From an uncultured Flavobacteriaceae bacterium (GTDB taxonomy: Bacteria; Bacteroidota; Bacteroidia; NS11-12g; UBA955): 64,000 nt of DNA. Both the position numbers and the translations under genes were made by a program. The DNA lies in contig CAZVJY010000009.1 in the NCBI GenBank assembly GCA_964626685.1, positions 116-64,115 on the forward strand. Direction: 5' to 3'. Shown piece by piece: positions 1 through 9,818 of this stretch. Every line of letters begins with the position of its first letter. The first letter of the stretch is position 1. A model generated the notes under the pieces. The model was given only the letters and a program-made list of their open reading frames with translations, did not search any database and had not been told where the DNA came from.

Positions 1-1023
1 CAGCTTCCTTTGTAAAAACACTTACAAGCCTTGGCCGGCGATACGATTTTCCCTTTGCCAAACAAATCAAACTCGTGGGGATTGAAGATGTTGTTCATTA
101 GCACAATTTTCTTGCGCAATCCCAGGGTGAGGTGCATGCCCATGGTAACCTGAGTCACTACCAGATCGCATTGGTCTATGAGGTTAATGAATTGCTTGAG
201 TGAATAATGACCGAGATAATCTGCTCCGGATGCTTGCTGTATCTGAACATTGCGTTCATGCTCCTGAGCACCTCCCAGCAACAATACACGAAAACCCCTG
301 TTTTGAAGGCTTTTGGCCAGGTCTACCCATTTTTCAATGCTCCACAGCCGTGTGGTCCATCGGTCACCGCAGCCGGTATTCAGTCCAATTATCGGTTTGC
401 TGCGGTCCAGGTTCCACACAAAACCTTTATCTGCGTGGTTATCCAGTAAATAGGGCTCACCGCCATATTCCATACCACACAGTTCAAAAATTTCGGTGCA
501 GTAGTTTTTGGTGTTGGCTTTGCTCACATCATCAAACAGGCCGGTTTTAAATTTGTGGTTGGCCAGTTCATTCACCGGCTGTATGGCTCCGTCTTTCAGT
601 ATGTAGCCGAATTTTTCCTTTGCGTTTACCGATTTTAACAGCGCCCCGGCTTCTTTTTCCTTGTCCAGGTTGATGGCTATATCCCAGTCGGTATGCTGAA
701 CCTGAAGAACAGCCTCAGTATTCAGTTTCAAGATTTCATGAATTTCGCCGGCAGGCAAAATATCAGGGGAGAGGGTTATCCAGGTAAATTTGGCATTCGG
801 ATACAGCGCTTTGTATCGGGTAATCAGCGGTGTGGTGCGGATTACATCGCCTATGGCACCCAGTTTTATGATGAGAATGCGCTTCTCGATTTTGGTGTAT
901 GCCGGACAATCTGAACAGTGATATCCTGATTTTTTGTGAGGCTTGCAGGGGATGTGGCCAAGAAAATGAAGACAGTCCGGTTTGTAAAACATACTGCAAA
1001 AGTAAGGTATTGTCATTTTCCAT
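1..1023 (-). CDS. Glycosyltransferase family 9 (heptosyltransferase-like); 3' end runs off the window
   Basis: My own reverse-strand translation; it is absent from the ORF track because it leaves the window. Sequence: MKMTIPYFCSMFYKPDCLHFLGHIPCKPHKKSGYHCSDCPAYTKIEKRILIIKLGAIGDVIRTTPLI...IIGLNTGCGDRWTTRLW...LLLGGAQEHE. The KxLIIKLGAIGD start and GCG..RW / LLGG blocks are GT9-like. First in-frame ATG is at 1023 (a second at 1017). An in-frame TAA lies upstream at 1168-1170. Confidence 0.75.
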
Positions 1024-1058
1024 GACTTCAGCACAACAAAAGAGGCACAATTCTTGTC

Positions 1059-1066
1059 TATATTTG
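1059..1066 (+). promoter_or_regulatory. Candidate Bacteroidota sigma-A -7 box (TATATTTG) for the 1082 gene
   Basis: Exact match to TAnnTTTG in the 58-nt divergent gap, 15 nt upstream of the GTG at 1082. Confidence 0.3.
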
Positions 1067-1081
1067 TGTAAAAGGAAAAAG

Positions 1082-4000
1082 GTGAGGTTTTCTGTCAAGT
1101 GGATCGTGGTTTTTATGCTGACATTATTGTCAGTAATTCCGCTTGCAGCTACACACCTGGTGGGAGGTTATCTCACATACCGTTTTATCGGTACCAACGG
1201 GAGTAGCTCACAATATCGCGTAACCCTGTATGTGTACCGAGATTGTATTAATGACAATACCGACAATGAGGTACCGTTTGACAAACAAATAACCTTGTGC
1301 GTCTACAATTCGAATCGGTCCTATTTTGATTCCAGAACCATTAATCTTATTCGTTCTCAAAAAGTCAATCCTGTTGGAAATACCAATTGTCCTGAAGTGA
1401 AAAGTGCTTGTTTGGATCAAGGGATTTATGAAACTACCATCACACTTCCCAACAATAATACAGGTTATCACCTCAAATGGGAGCGTTGTTGCCGAAACAC
1501 CCAAAACAACCTGAGGGATGATAATTCCGGAACACCATACCAGGGTCAGACTTATTATGGTTTTATTCCGGCCTCTTCTTTGAGAAACAGTTCGCCTGTG
1601 TTTCAGGATATGCCCATTCCATTCATGTGTGCAAACGATACCACCACCATTCGCAACCGCACCATTGATCCCGACGGAGATTCCCTCTCATACCGGTTTG
1701 TAACACCCTGGCAGGGGGCCTCAGGTACAACACCCATTTTTGATAACTGTCCTTCCACAATGACATCTTTTCCTGCTGTGGAATACAGAAGTGGGTTTAG
1801 TGCCACTGCTCCTTTCGGTGCAGGTGGTATTGCACAGATTGATGCCTTTAACGGACTCACTACCTATCTGTCACGCAATACAGGTCGATTTGCTGTGGCG
1901 ATAGAAGTTACCGAATGGAGAAATGGTATTCCCATATCTACCATCAGGCAGGATTTGCAAATTTTGGTAATCAATTGCAAACCCAATAATAAGCCCCGCC
2001 TTAGTTATCAGGGAGGCAGCAATAGCTGGTTTGTGGAAGCCGGAGAATTGATTTGCAGGGATGTTACGGCCACAGATGCGGACCCGCGTGATGTGATTAC
2101 ACTCAAAGCCTACAGTGATATATTCACAGGGTCAAATGGTTTCACCGGCACCAAAGCCACCATTACCCCGGACCCTTCCTCTGGTGTAAAAACCACCACG
2201 GCTAAATTTTGCTGGAAAACAGATTGCGGCCATGCACGTTCTGAACCCTACCGGGTGACTTTTGAAGCGTATGACAACGGCTGTCCTTCAAAATTTATCA
2301 ATGAAAACGTTCTTATTTATGTGAGGCCGTTCAGTCCAAGCGAGAATCCCACAGGACCGACTCAGGTTTGTCAAAACACCAAAGGGGTGCGTTACAATGC
2401 AACTTCGCCCGGAGCGGGAAACACCTATTTGTGGCGTGTGACGGGCGGCACAATTCAAGGCGATTCTGTGCTCAATTCGGTACTTATTGACTGGGGTTCA
2501 GCAACCTCAGGAAGGTTGGAGTTGTTCATCATTAGTAAAAATGGCTGCCGTGTAGGGCCACGAGTATTAAATGTTTCCTTGTCTCCCTCACCATCCAAAC
2601 CTAGTGTAACAGGTGCCGATACCGTTTGTCTGAACAGTACATCTTCCTTTAGTACCAATCCTGTTACGGGAATTACCTATCAGTGGTCTGTGTCGGGTGG
2701 TAACATACTTGGCAGTGCTGTTTTGCCGGTGGTAACCGTTCGCTGGAACAACCAGGGTAACGGATGGGTGTCGCTGACAGTTGTAAATGCTTTAGGTTGT
2801 CGCAGTTTACCTGATACGCAATTTGTTTTTGTATCTTTTCCCAATACTCCACCCTTGACAGGGCCGATTTCCGTTTGTCCGAATAACAGAAACATAGAAT
2901 ACAGAGTCCTTCCGCCAACCCCCGGGTCCGTTTATCAATGGAGTATTGACGGAGGAATTCAATCAGCCGGCGCAATGGGATCTGTAATTTTGATTAATTG
3001 GGGTGGGTTAGGTAATGGTTTTGTAAATGTCCAGGAAGTAAATAAATTCGGCTGTGTTGGGGATACAGTGAAGTTAAGGGTGGTTAAAAATCACGCACTG
3101 GCCGGACAGTTACCGCAAGGCGATACCAGTCTGTGCGCATTCAGCCAAAATGAAACGTATTCAATTAACCGGATAAACGGAGAAACCTATACCTGGATTG
3201 TAACAGGCGGTACAATTGTTTCAGGACAAAATACCGCAAAGATTGTTGTGGACTGGGGGGGCACGGGAATAGGCTCCGTAGGTGTTCAGGCAACTGCTTT
3301 TGATTCCGTGTCCGGCTTACCTTGTTTGTCACCTGTCAGGGCGAGATTGGTGAATTTATGGCCTTATCCCAATACCATTCCTATCAGTGGCAATTTTGAT
3401 TTTTGCCAGACCCGCACTCAGGTTCAGTTCAGCCTTTCGGGTTTTTTGGGTTCAACCTATGAATGGGAATTAAACGGAATTGCCTTTTCCGGGCAGGGCA
3501 GTAACCGTATATCCTTTTCAGGGGATACGTTTGGAACCTTCACGGTAAGGGTGCGCGAAACCAGTCCCTTTGGTTGTATTGGTCCCTGGCTGGATACGCA
3601 GCTAGTTATTCATCCCAGGCCCAAAACTACAGCCATTGCCGGAAATGATGTAATTTGTTATCCGCGTTTGACAGGCTATATCTATGCTGTTAATGGTTTT
3701 ACTGGAAGCAACTATTCATGGGGTAATACCGGAGGTGTTTTTAATCCGGCACCGGGTGCTTCTGATGCTTCTGTTCGTATAGATTGGAGTGGGCAGCAAA
3801 ACAACAGGGTGTGGGTGGTTGAAACCAGCAGTTTCAGCTGTGTGGGCGATACTGTAAGGCGAAATGTGTTTATAGACAATCCAGCAGTTTTCAGCCGTCT
3901 GGTTACAGTTAATCCGCCTCCCGGAGAAGATAAGCCGGTGCAGGTTTATTACACCCTGCTCAATGCGCCCAGATATAATAACACCATCATTATTCAGCGA

Positions 4001-4708
4001 AAAATAAGGGGAGGTGGCACTTTCGGAACAGTAGGTACGGCAAATCCTTCAGATTCGGTTTTTGAAGATAAATCAGCCATTCCGGATAGTTTCAGCTATG
4101 AATACCGTGCGGTGATTGTGAATTTGTGTGGTGACAGTATTTACAGCAATTCAAATACCGATGTTTTGTTGAAGGGTAATAAAACAGGTCCTTTCAGCAT
4201 GTCGTTGAACTTTACGGATTACCTGGGCTGGCCCAACGGTGTTGAGCGCTATGAATTGTACAGACTGCTCGAGAATAAAACAGGTTACAGTCTTTACGGA
4301 ACGTATTTTTCACCACAATCTGCAACGTTTGACAATGGAAAAGACCACTATGGGCAATATTTCAGGATCAAGGCCATTGAAAACGGACCTTTGAAAAGAG
4401 AATCCTGGAGCAACGACATCCGCGTTTTCTTCGAGCCGGTGGTTTACATTCCCAATGCCTTTAGTCCGGATGCCAATGGTTTAAATGAAAAGTTTATTCC
4501 TGCCGCTGGCGGTTTAAAAACGTATTCATTTACCATATTTAATCGCTGGGGAGAAAAACTGTTTTTTACAACCAATTCTGAAACCGGCTGGGATGGAAAT
4601 TACCTCGGAAAGCCCTGTCCGTCCGGCGTGTATATCTATGTTTGCGAATACACCGATTTCAGGGATAAGGCTTACTCTACCAAAGGTACGTTGCATTTAT
4701 TGCGGTAA
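1082..4708 (+). CDS. Large secreted adhesin-like protein with T9SS type-B (gliding-motility-associated) C-terminal sorting domain
   Basis: ORF 899..4708. The listed ATG at 899 overlaps the divergent GT9 gene. GTG at 1082 gives a proper signal peptide (MRFSVKWIVVFMLTLLSVIPLAA). ATG at 1115 is an alternative start. N-terminal THLVGGYLTYR...RCCRN domain. C-terminus is IPNAFSPDANGLNEKF...FNRWGEKLF...GWDG...GVYIY. Confidence 0.85.
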   Translation: MRFSVKWIVVFMLTLLSVIPLAATHLVGGYLTYRFIGTNGSSSQYRVTLYVYRDCINDNTDNEVPFDKQITLCVYNSNRSYFDSRTINLIRSQKVNPVGNTNCPEVKSACLDQGIYETTITLPNNNTGYHLKWERCCRNTQNNLRDDNSGTPYQGQTYYGFIPASSLRNSSPVFQDMPIPFMCANDTTTIRNRTIDPDGDSLSYRFVTPWQGASGTTPIFDNCPSTMTSFPAVEYRSGFSATAPFGAGGIAQIDAFNGLTTYLSRNTGRFAVAIEVTEWRNGIPISTIRQDLQILVINCKPNNKPRLSYQGGSNSWFVEAGELICRDVTATDADPRDVITLKAYSDIFTGSNGFTGTKATITPDPSSGVKTTTAKFCWKTDCGHARSEPYRVTFEAYDNGCPSKFINENVLIYVRPFSPSENPTGPTQVCQNTKGVRYNATSPGAGNTYLWRVTGGTIQGDSVLNSVLIDWGSATSGRLELFIISKNGCRVGPRVLNVSLSPSPSKPSVTGADTVCLNSTSSFSTNPVTGITYQWSVSGGNILGSAVLPVVTVRWNNQGNGWVSLTVVNALGCRSLPDTQFVFVSFPNTPPLTGPISVCPNNRNIEYRVLPPTPGSVYQWSIDGGIQSAGAMGSVILINWGGLGNGFVNVQEVNKFGCVGDTVKLRVVKNHALAGQLPQGDTSLCAFSQNETYSINRINGETYTWIVTGGTIVSGQNTAKIVVDWGGTGIGSVGVQATAFDSVSGLPCLSPVRARLVNLWPYPNTIPISGNFDFCQTRTQVQFSLSGFLGSTYEWELNGIAFSGQGSNRISFSGDTFGTFTVRVRETSPFGCIGPWLDTQLVIHPRPKTTAIAGNDVICYPRLTGYIYAVNGFTGSNYSWGNTGGVFNPAPGASDASVRIDWSGQQNNRVWVVETSSFSCVGDTVRRNVFIDNPAVFSRLVTVNPPPGEDKPVQVYYTLLNAPRYNNTIIIQRKIRGGGTFGTVGTANPSDSVFEDKSAIPDSFSYEYRAVIVNLCGDSIYSNSNTDVLLKGNKTGPFSMSLNFTDYLGWPNGVERYELYRLLENKTGYSLYGTYFSPQSATFDNGKDHYGQYFRIKAIENGPLKRESWSNDIRVFFEPVVYIPNAFSPDANGLNEKFIPAAGGLKTYSFTIFNRWGEKLFFTTNSETGWDGNYLGKPCPSGVYIYVCEYTDFRDKAYSTKGTLHLLR
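2345..3883 (+). repeat. Six tandem ~85-aa Cys-bracketed Ig/PKD-like modules (protein-level repeat)
   Basis: A recurring pattern C-x(10-20)-Y-x-W-x(2,3)-GG-x(15-25)-W-x(10-20)-GC occurs six times: QVCQNT..YLWRVTGG..GCRVG; TVCLNS..YQWSVSGG..GCRS; SVCPNN..YQWSIDGG..GCVGD; SLCAFS..YTWIVTGG; DFCQTR..YEWELNG..GCIG; VICYPR..YSWGNTGG..SCVGD. Confidence 0.7.
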
Positions 4709-4748
4709 GTACGTACATTCGTAGTTATATCTTAAAGTATAAAAAACT

Positions 4749-5498
4749 ATGTCAAATCCTATTTTGTCAGAAAAGTCCTTTGAAAACGCGCGTCAGGCTT
4801 CCGCAGGTATACACAGCGGTGAAGTGATGACCATGAAAGGCACCATCAACAAGTCTATTTTACTGTTTCTTACCCTGCTGGTACCCGCGGCCTGGATTTG
4901 GTGGAAAATGGGCGGCAATCCGGAAACGGCAGAAGGATTGCGTGGATGGATGATTGGCAGCGCTATACTGGGTTTTGTACTCAGCCTTGTCATTGTATTC
5001 AAAAAGAGCTGGGCCCCTGTAATTGCACCAATCTACGCTGCCGTTGAGGGTGTGTTTTTGGGCCTGATTTCCATGGTGTTTGATTATATCTATCCAGGTA
5101 TTGTGATGGAAGCGATTGGTGTAACGCTGCTGGTGTTTGCGGCCATGCTGGTTGCATACAGAACCGGACTGCTGCGTGCAACGCCCATGTTTACCAAAGT
5201 TATTGTAATGGCAACCCTCGGCGTGGCGCTCTTCTATCTGATTAATATGATAGTTACCTGGATAACTGGCAATAACTGGTATGCAGGCAGCAGCACCCTC
5301 TCCATCATCGTTTCAGCGGTGGTGGCAGGTATTGCCGCATTCAACCTGATCCTCGATTTCAACATGATTGAAGAAGGCAGTAAATCCGGATTTCCCAAGT
5401 ATATGGAGTGGTTCTGTGCCTTTGGCCTGATGGTTACCATCGTTTGGCTGTATCTCGAAATCCTGCGTCTGCTGGCAAAACTGCAAAGCAGGGATTAA
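4749..5498 (+). CDS. Bax inhibitor-1/YccA family membrane protein
   Basis: 249 aa with about 7 hydrophobic segments. The C-terminal ...LEILRLLAKLQSRD resembles the YccA ...SRD tail. Confidence 0.7.
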   Translation: MSNPILSEKSFENARQASAGIHSGEVMTMKGTINKSILLFLTLLVPAAWIWWKMGGNPETAEGLRGWMIGSAILGFVLSLVIVFKKSWAPVIAPIYAAVEGVFLGLISMVFDYIYPGIVMEAIGVTLLVFAAMLVAYRTGLLRATPMFTKVIVMATLGVALFYLINMIVTWITGNNWYAGSSTLSIIVSAVVAGIAAFNLILDFNMIEEGSKSGFPKYMEWFCAFGLMVTIVWLYLEILRLLAKLQSRD

Positions 5499-5512
5499 CT
5501 TCTGATTCAATG

Positions 5513-5550
5513 ATTTTCAAAAGCCGGAGCGTTTGCTTCGGCTTTTTTTA
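5513..5550. terminator. Bidirectional rho-independent terminator between convergent genes
   Basis: 10-bp stem AAGCCGGAGC/GCTTCGGCTT (5521-5530/5535-5544, one G-T pair) with loop GTTT. It is followed by TTTTT on + and preceded by AAAA (T-run on -). Confidence 0.65.
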
Positions 5551-6855
5551 TTCCAGCACAGGCAACAGCATTTCCATTTTCATGCCGCGGCTGCCTTTCA
5601 TAAGCACGAATTTTGAAGAAACCGGGTTGCTTTCTATCCAGGATAGGAGTGCATCAGTGCTGTCAAAAGCCAGCGGATAGGAACCCGTAGCCTGCTTGAA
5701 TTCCGGGCCGCAAACCATCAGTTCCTTAAAGCCAAGTGAAACGGCCAGATCAAAAATAGCCTTGTGTTCCGATTGCGCATGATCGCCCAGATCCAGCATG
5801 TCGCCCAGCAATACAGCTCCGTCTTTTCCCATTTCCGCAAAGGCTTTTAATGCGGCTTCCATGCTGCTGGGGTTGGCGTTGTATGCATCCATCCAGATGC
5901 TGCGGTTGTTGGTTTTTTTCCATTCACTGCGGTTGTTAGCAGGAACGTAAGCACAGGCAGCGCGTATGCAGGTTTCTATATCACCGCCAAGGGAAATTCC
6001 GGCGGCTATGGCCGCGAGCATGTTGTAGGCATTGTATTTCCCACCGATGGACGCAGTAAAGTGGCCATAACTGCTGCCTTGGAATATAAATTCAATTTCA
6101 AGCTGCGGCATGGATTGGTGAATTATCGCCTTTAAATCGGCCTGCGGTGCATCTATCCCATATCCAAAGCTCTTGGTAAACCGTTTTGACATATTACCCA
6201 GCCAGGGGTCGTCCAGGTTTACCAGTGCAAACCCATTGTGCTGAATTAGATTAAGGTACAGCTCGCTTTCTTCGCGGGCTATTCCTTCCATGTCTTTAAA
6301 GCCTTCCAGGTGTTCTTTTCCTACATTGGTAACTATTCCCAGATCCGGTTCAGCAAGGTCGCACAGTACTTTCATCTCGCCCGGATGATTGGTGCCCATT
6401 TCTACAATACCAACCTTAATTTCATCGGTAAATCCCAATAAAGTAAGGGGTACGCCAATGTGATTATTCAGGTTGCCTGCAGTGGCTTTGGCTTTCGAAA
6501 AAGCATTAACAACGCATAATGTCAATTCCTTGGTGGTGGTTTTGCCATTGCTGCCTCCAATCCCCAGGATTTTAACATGCAATTGTTTTCGGTGGTAATG
6601 TGAAAGGGCTTGCAGTGCCGCAAGTACATCCTCTACCCACAAGTATCGCTCATCCTTGATTACACTTTTGTCGTCCACCACGACCAAGGCAGCTCCTTTT
6701 CGAAGTGCATCTTCAGCAAATAGATTTCCATTGAAATTACCTCCTTTCAGGCAAAAGAAAATACTGCCCTGAATGATATTGCGCGTATCGGTGCAGACTG
6801 TGCTGCCACAGGTAAGGTAATACTGGTGTAATTTTTCGGTACTGATGGGCAACAT
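5548..6855 (-). CDS. murF: UDP-N-acetylmuramoyl-tripeptide--D-alanyl-D-alanine ligase
   Basis: Mur ligase P-loop GIGGSNGKTTTKE and DAYNANPSSM motif. The start is probably the internal Met (MLPISTEKL...) at 6855, because the ORF-track start at 6918 abuts the divergent gene. Confidence 0.85.
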   Translation of the reverse strand: MLPISTEKLHQYYLTCGSTVCTDTRNIIQGSIFFCLKGGNFNGNLFAEDALRKGAALVVVDDKSVIKDERYLWVEDVLAALQALSHYHRKQLHVKILGIGGSNGKTTTKELTLCVVNAFSKAKATAGNLNNHIGVPLTLLGFTDEIKVGIVEMGTNHPGEMKVLCDLAEPDLGIVTNVGKEHLEGFKDMEGIAREESELYLNLIQHNGFALVNLDDPWLGNMSKRFTKSFGYGIDAPQADLKAIIHQSMPQLEIEFIFQGSSYGHFTASIGGKYNAYNMLAAIAAGISLGGDIETCIRAACAYVPANNRSEWKKTNNRSIWMDAYNANPSSMEAALKAFAEMGKDGAVLLGDMLDLGDHAQSEHKAIFDLAVSLGFKELMVCGPEFKQATGSYPLAFDSTDALLSWIESNPVSSKFVLMKGSRGMKMEMLLPVLE

Positions 6856-6918
6856 AGGGTAAAAAATAATGGTCAAAATTAGGGTAGCCCATGCCATATT
6901 GCTTAAATTTGAGTTCAC

Positions 6919-9195
6919 ATGTACAGAATCCTGTCCGTTTTTAGTGTTTTTGTAACCTGTCTTTGTTTACAGGCTCAGCCCATTTCGGGCAGCAAAAATT
7001 ATTTTCTGTACGATACACTTCCTTTCAGCCTGGGCAGCGGACAGGTTGAAACGCCATTGATGGGTGGATTCAATTCGCCACAGTTTGTTCATCTGGATGT
7101 AAATAATGACGGGGTGTTGGATATAATCGTATTCGACAGGCATGATCAAAGGGTTTTTCCATACATCCGTAAAAATGGAAGGTGGATTTATGACAAAAGC
7201 TATGAAAAATCAATTCCCCGGCTGAATGATTGGATACGTGTGGCGGATTTGAACAGCGACAACAAACCGGATATATTTACGTTGAACAGCATCAGCAATC
7301 TGGTTATTTACCTAAATACAACGGCTCCTGGAGACAAAGAACTTACGTTTAGAAATCTGGGCAGTCAGTTTTACCGAAACAAATACGACACCAATTTTTT
7401 CATTCTCTATAATCCTTTGGGACTAAGCCGACTGGATTTGCCGCACATTGGCGATCTGGATAATGACGGTGATGTGGATATTGTATTCTATGATCCATTT
7501 AACCGCAGTTATTCCATGTACAGGGATGTTCGTTCGGAAAAAGGCTGGCCTAAGGATACCTATGAGTTTCAGGACATGGATTATTGTTTCGGCTACTTCA
7601 ATGAAGGGCTGGATAACAGTTTTATTCTCGGACAATGTCTCTATAAGGAGAAATTAAAGCCACGGCATGTGGGTGGCGCCAGCCTGCTTATGTTCGATAA
7701 TGATGAGGACGGAGATTATGAAATGCTGGCTTCCAATGTAGGCTTTAGAAAGATGACCTTGTTGAAAAACGGCAAGACCCAGACCGGAGGTTATTATGAT
7801 ACCATGGTTCAGGTCGATAGCATTTTTCCTGTGAATACCCGAAGGGCTGCAGATTTTACTTTCCCTTCGGCGTACCTTGCAGATGTAGATGCTGATGGCA
7901 TCAGCGATTTATTGGTAGCACCGGCGCCGTCTTTTGACGTAAAGGAAACTGCCAATATATGGTACTACAAAAACTACGGTAAAAACAATAAACCTGATTT
8001 TCGATTTGTTCAAACAGACTGGCTGACAGATAAAACACTGGATTTGGGGGCGAAAAGTTCAGTTGCGATGTGCGATTACGACAATGACGGAGATCAGGAT
8101 TTGTTTGTGGCAGCGAACGGTGATTTTGAGCTCACCGGAGGAATGAAAGACCGAATAACAGTATTCGAAAACAAGGGAAGCAAGAGCCTGCCTGATTTTG
8201 TTAAGGTCAATGACGATTACTTAAATATTTCACAGAAAGGGATAGCCGACCTGGTTATCAAATTTGGCGATGTAGATGGGGATAAAGATATTGATTTATA
8301 CTATGGAGAGCGGTTTGGTAAGGTAGGTTGGTTCAGAAATACAGCCGGTCCCGGGAAGCCGCTAAACCTTTCATTTGCAGAGAGCGATCTTCTTGAAAAT
8401 ACGGTTAATCCGGGAATGGAGAACGCAGCACCGGCGCTCATCAATTATAACAACGATACATTGCCGGATATGCTTTTGGGGATGTATAACGGAAGCGTTG
8501 CTCTGTACGTAAATCAGGGGAGCGTGGGAAATCCTTCCTACGTATTAGCCGTTGCAAATGCATGGGGAATGCGCGCCAATGAGTGGAGCAATGATGTGAA
8601 TCCTCCCGGATTTTTATCGTTCGGGTATGCCATGCCCGAGGTTGCGGATGTGGATAATGACGGACAGCAGGAAATTTTGCTTGGTTCACTGCATGGTAAA
8701 GTCAGAATGTATAAAACAGCCGGGCGAAGCATTTATGACAGTTTGTCGGCCATTGAAGGATGGTTTTGGCAACGTACAGTAGCAGACAGTATTGAGCCTG
8801 ATCTGGGCAACAGGGTGAACGTGGCTGCAGCAGATCTCAATAACGATTCAATCCCCGAACTACTTTTTGGAAACGGGAGAGGAGGGATACATTTTGCCAA
8901 AATTTCGGCAGCCAAGGTTGCAGGTATTAGAAAAACAGCCCTTCTTGAAATTCCGCTCGTTTTTCCGAATCCGGCATTTGATAAGGTTACTATTTCCAGA
9001 AAAAATATGGCAGAACAATGGACACTGCGGCTGATGGATGCCTCGGGCCGCTTTTGCCGTGAATGGGTTATGTTGCCTGGTGAAAGGCAGATTAGTGCCA
9101 GCATAGCAGGTTTTAGTCCCGGTTTTTACACCATTGGAATTCAAAATGGTGTGCGCAGTGCTGCTGTGCCTCTATATATTGGCATCAGACCCTGA
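6919..9195 (+). CDS. FG-GAP/VCBS-repeat protein with T9SS type-A C-terminal sorting domain
   Basis: Signal peptide MYRILSVFSVFVTCLCLQAQ. About nine DxDxDG-type loops (DLDNDGDVD, DNDEDGDYE, DVDADGISD, DYDNDGDQD, DVDGDKDID, DVDNDGQQE...). C-terminal VFPNPAFDKVTIS...GFYTIGIQ tail. Confidence 0.8.
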   Translation: MYRILSVFSVFVTCLCLQAQPISGSKNYFLYDTLPFSLGSGQVETPLMGGFNSPQFVHLDVNNDGVLDIIVFDRHDQRVFPYIRKNGRWIYDKSYEKSIPRLNDWIRVADLNSDNKPDIFTLNSISNLVIYLNTTAPGDKELTFRNLGSQFYRNKYDTNFFILYNPLGLSRLDLPHIGDLDNDGDVDIVFYDPFNRSYSMYRDVRSEKGWPKDTYEFQDMDYCFGYFNEGLDNSFILGQCLYKEKLKPRHVGGASLLMFDNDEDGDYEMLASNVGFRKMTLLKNGKTQTGGYYDTMVQVDSIFPVNTRRAADFTFPSAYLADVDADGISDLLVAPAPSFDVKETANIWYYKNYGKNNKPDFRFVQTDWLTDKTLDLGAKSSVAMCDYDNDGDQDLFVAANGDFELTGGMKDRITVFENKGSKSLPDFVKVNDDYLNISQKGIADLVIKFGDVDGDKDIDLYYGERFGKVGWFRNTAGPGKPLNLSFAESDLLENTVNPGMENAAPALINYNNDTLPDMLLGMYNGSVALYVNQGSVGNPSYVLAVANAWGMRANEWSNDVNPPGFLSFGYAMPEVADVDNDGQQEILLGSLHGKVRMYKTAGRSIYDSLSAIEGWFWQRTVADSIEPDLGNRVNVAAADLNNDSIPELLFGNGRGGIHFAKISAAKVAGIRKTALLEIPLVFPNPAFDKVTISRKNMAEQWTLRLMDASGRFCREWVMLPGERQISASIAGFSPGFYTIGIQNGVRSAAVPLYIGIRP

Positions 9196-9807
9196 GGCCA
9201 GGTTAATGCTGCGGTCACAAACTGCATATTCTTCTTCACGGTTGGAAGCGATCATCAGCAATCGATCGTTTCCGAATGTTTTAAGCAGTTCGTAAAAGAA
9301 TTGCTCGCCGGCTTTGTCAAGATTGGTAAAGGGTTCATCCAGAATTAGCAGAGGTGTGTCGCTCATGATTGCCAAAGCCAGTTTCACCCGTTGTTTCATG
9401 CCACTGCTGAATGTGGCAATTGGTTTTTGCAAAGTTTTGTGGTCGTATCCGGCCATAGAAGCAAACAATTCGGCTCCATTGGCTACCTGCATCGGTTTCA
9501 GTTTGTGATGCAATGCAAAAATCTCTATTGTGTTAAGGTCTTCATTCAGCTCAAGGGCAGGTGAGGTAAGCGATACATACAAGTGAAGATTTTTTAGCGG
9601 AATGGCTGTGTTGTTGCTGATGTAATCAATCGTGCCTTCCGTTGGTGTAAGTTGTCCGCATAACAGCAATCCCAGCGTGCTTTTCCCCGAGCCGTTCGGA
9701 CCAAGTATAGCCCATTTTTCACCTGTTTGAAAAGATGCATTCAGGTCTCTGAATAACCAGTTTCTGTTAAATGATTTGCCGCAATCCTTGAGGATGATGC
9801 TGAACAC
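9172..9807 (-). CDS. ABC transporter ATP-binding protein (no permease adjacent)
   Basis: Walker A GPNGSGKSTLG, signature FSSGMKQRV, Walker B LLILDEPF. Confidence 0.85.
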   Translation of the reverse strand: MFSIILKDCGKSFNRNWLFRDLNASFQTGEKWAILGPNGSGKSTLGLLLCGQLTPTEGTIDYISNNTAIPLKNLHLYVSLTSPALELNEDLNTIEIFALHHKLKPMQVANGAELFASMAGYDHKTLQKPIATFSSGMKQRVKLALAIMSDTPLLILDEPFTNLDKAGEQFFYELLKTFGNDRLLMIASNREEEYAVCDRSINLASGSDANI

Positions 9808-9818
9808 AGCCCCGGAAA

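Noticed and set aside
899-1081. N-terminal 61 aa of listed ORF 899..4708 (MPDNLNSDILIFCEACRGCG...)
   Set aside because: It overlaps the 5' end of the divergent GT9 gene (start at 1023). The signal peptide begins only at the GTG at 1082, and a -7 box sits at 1059-1066.
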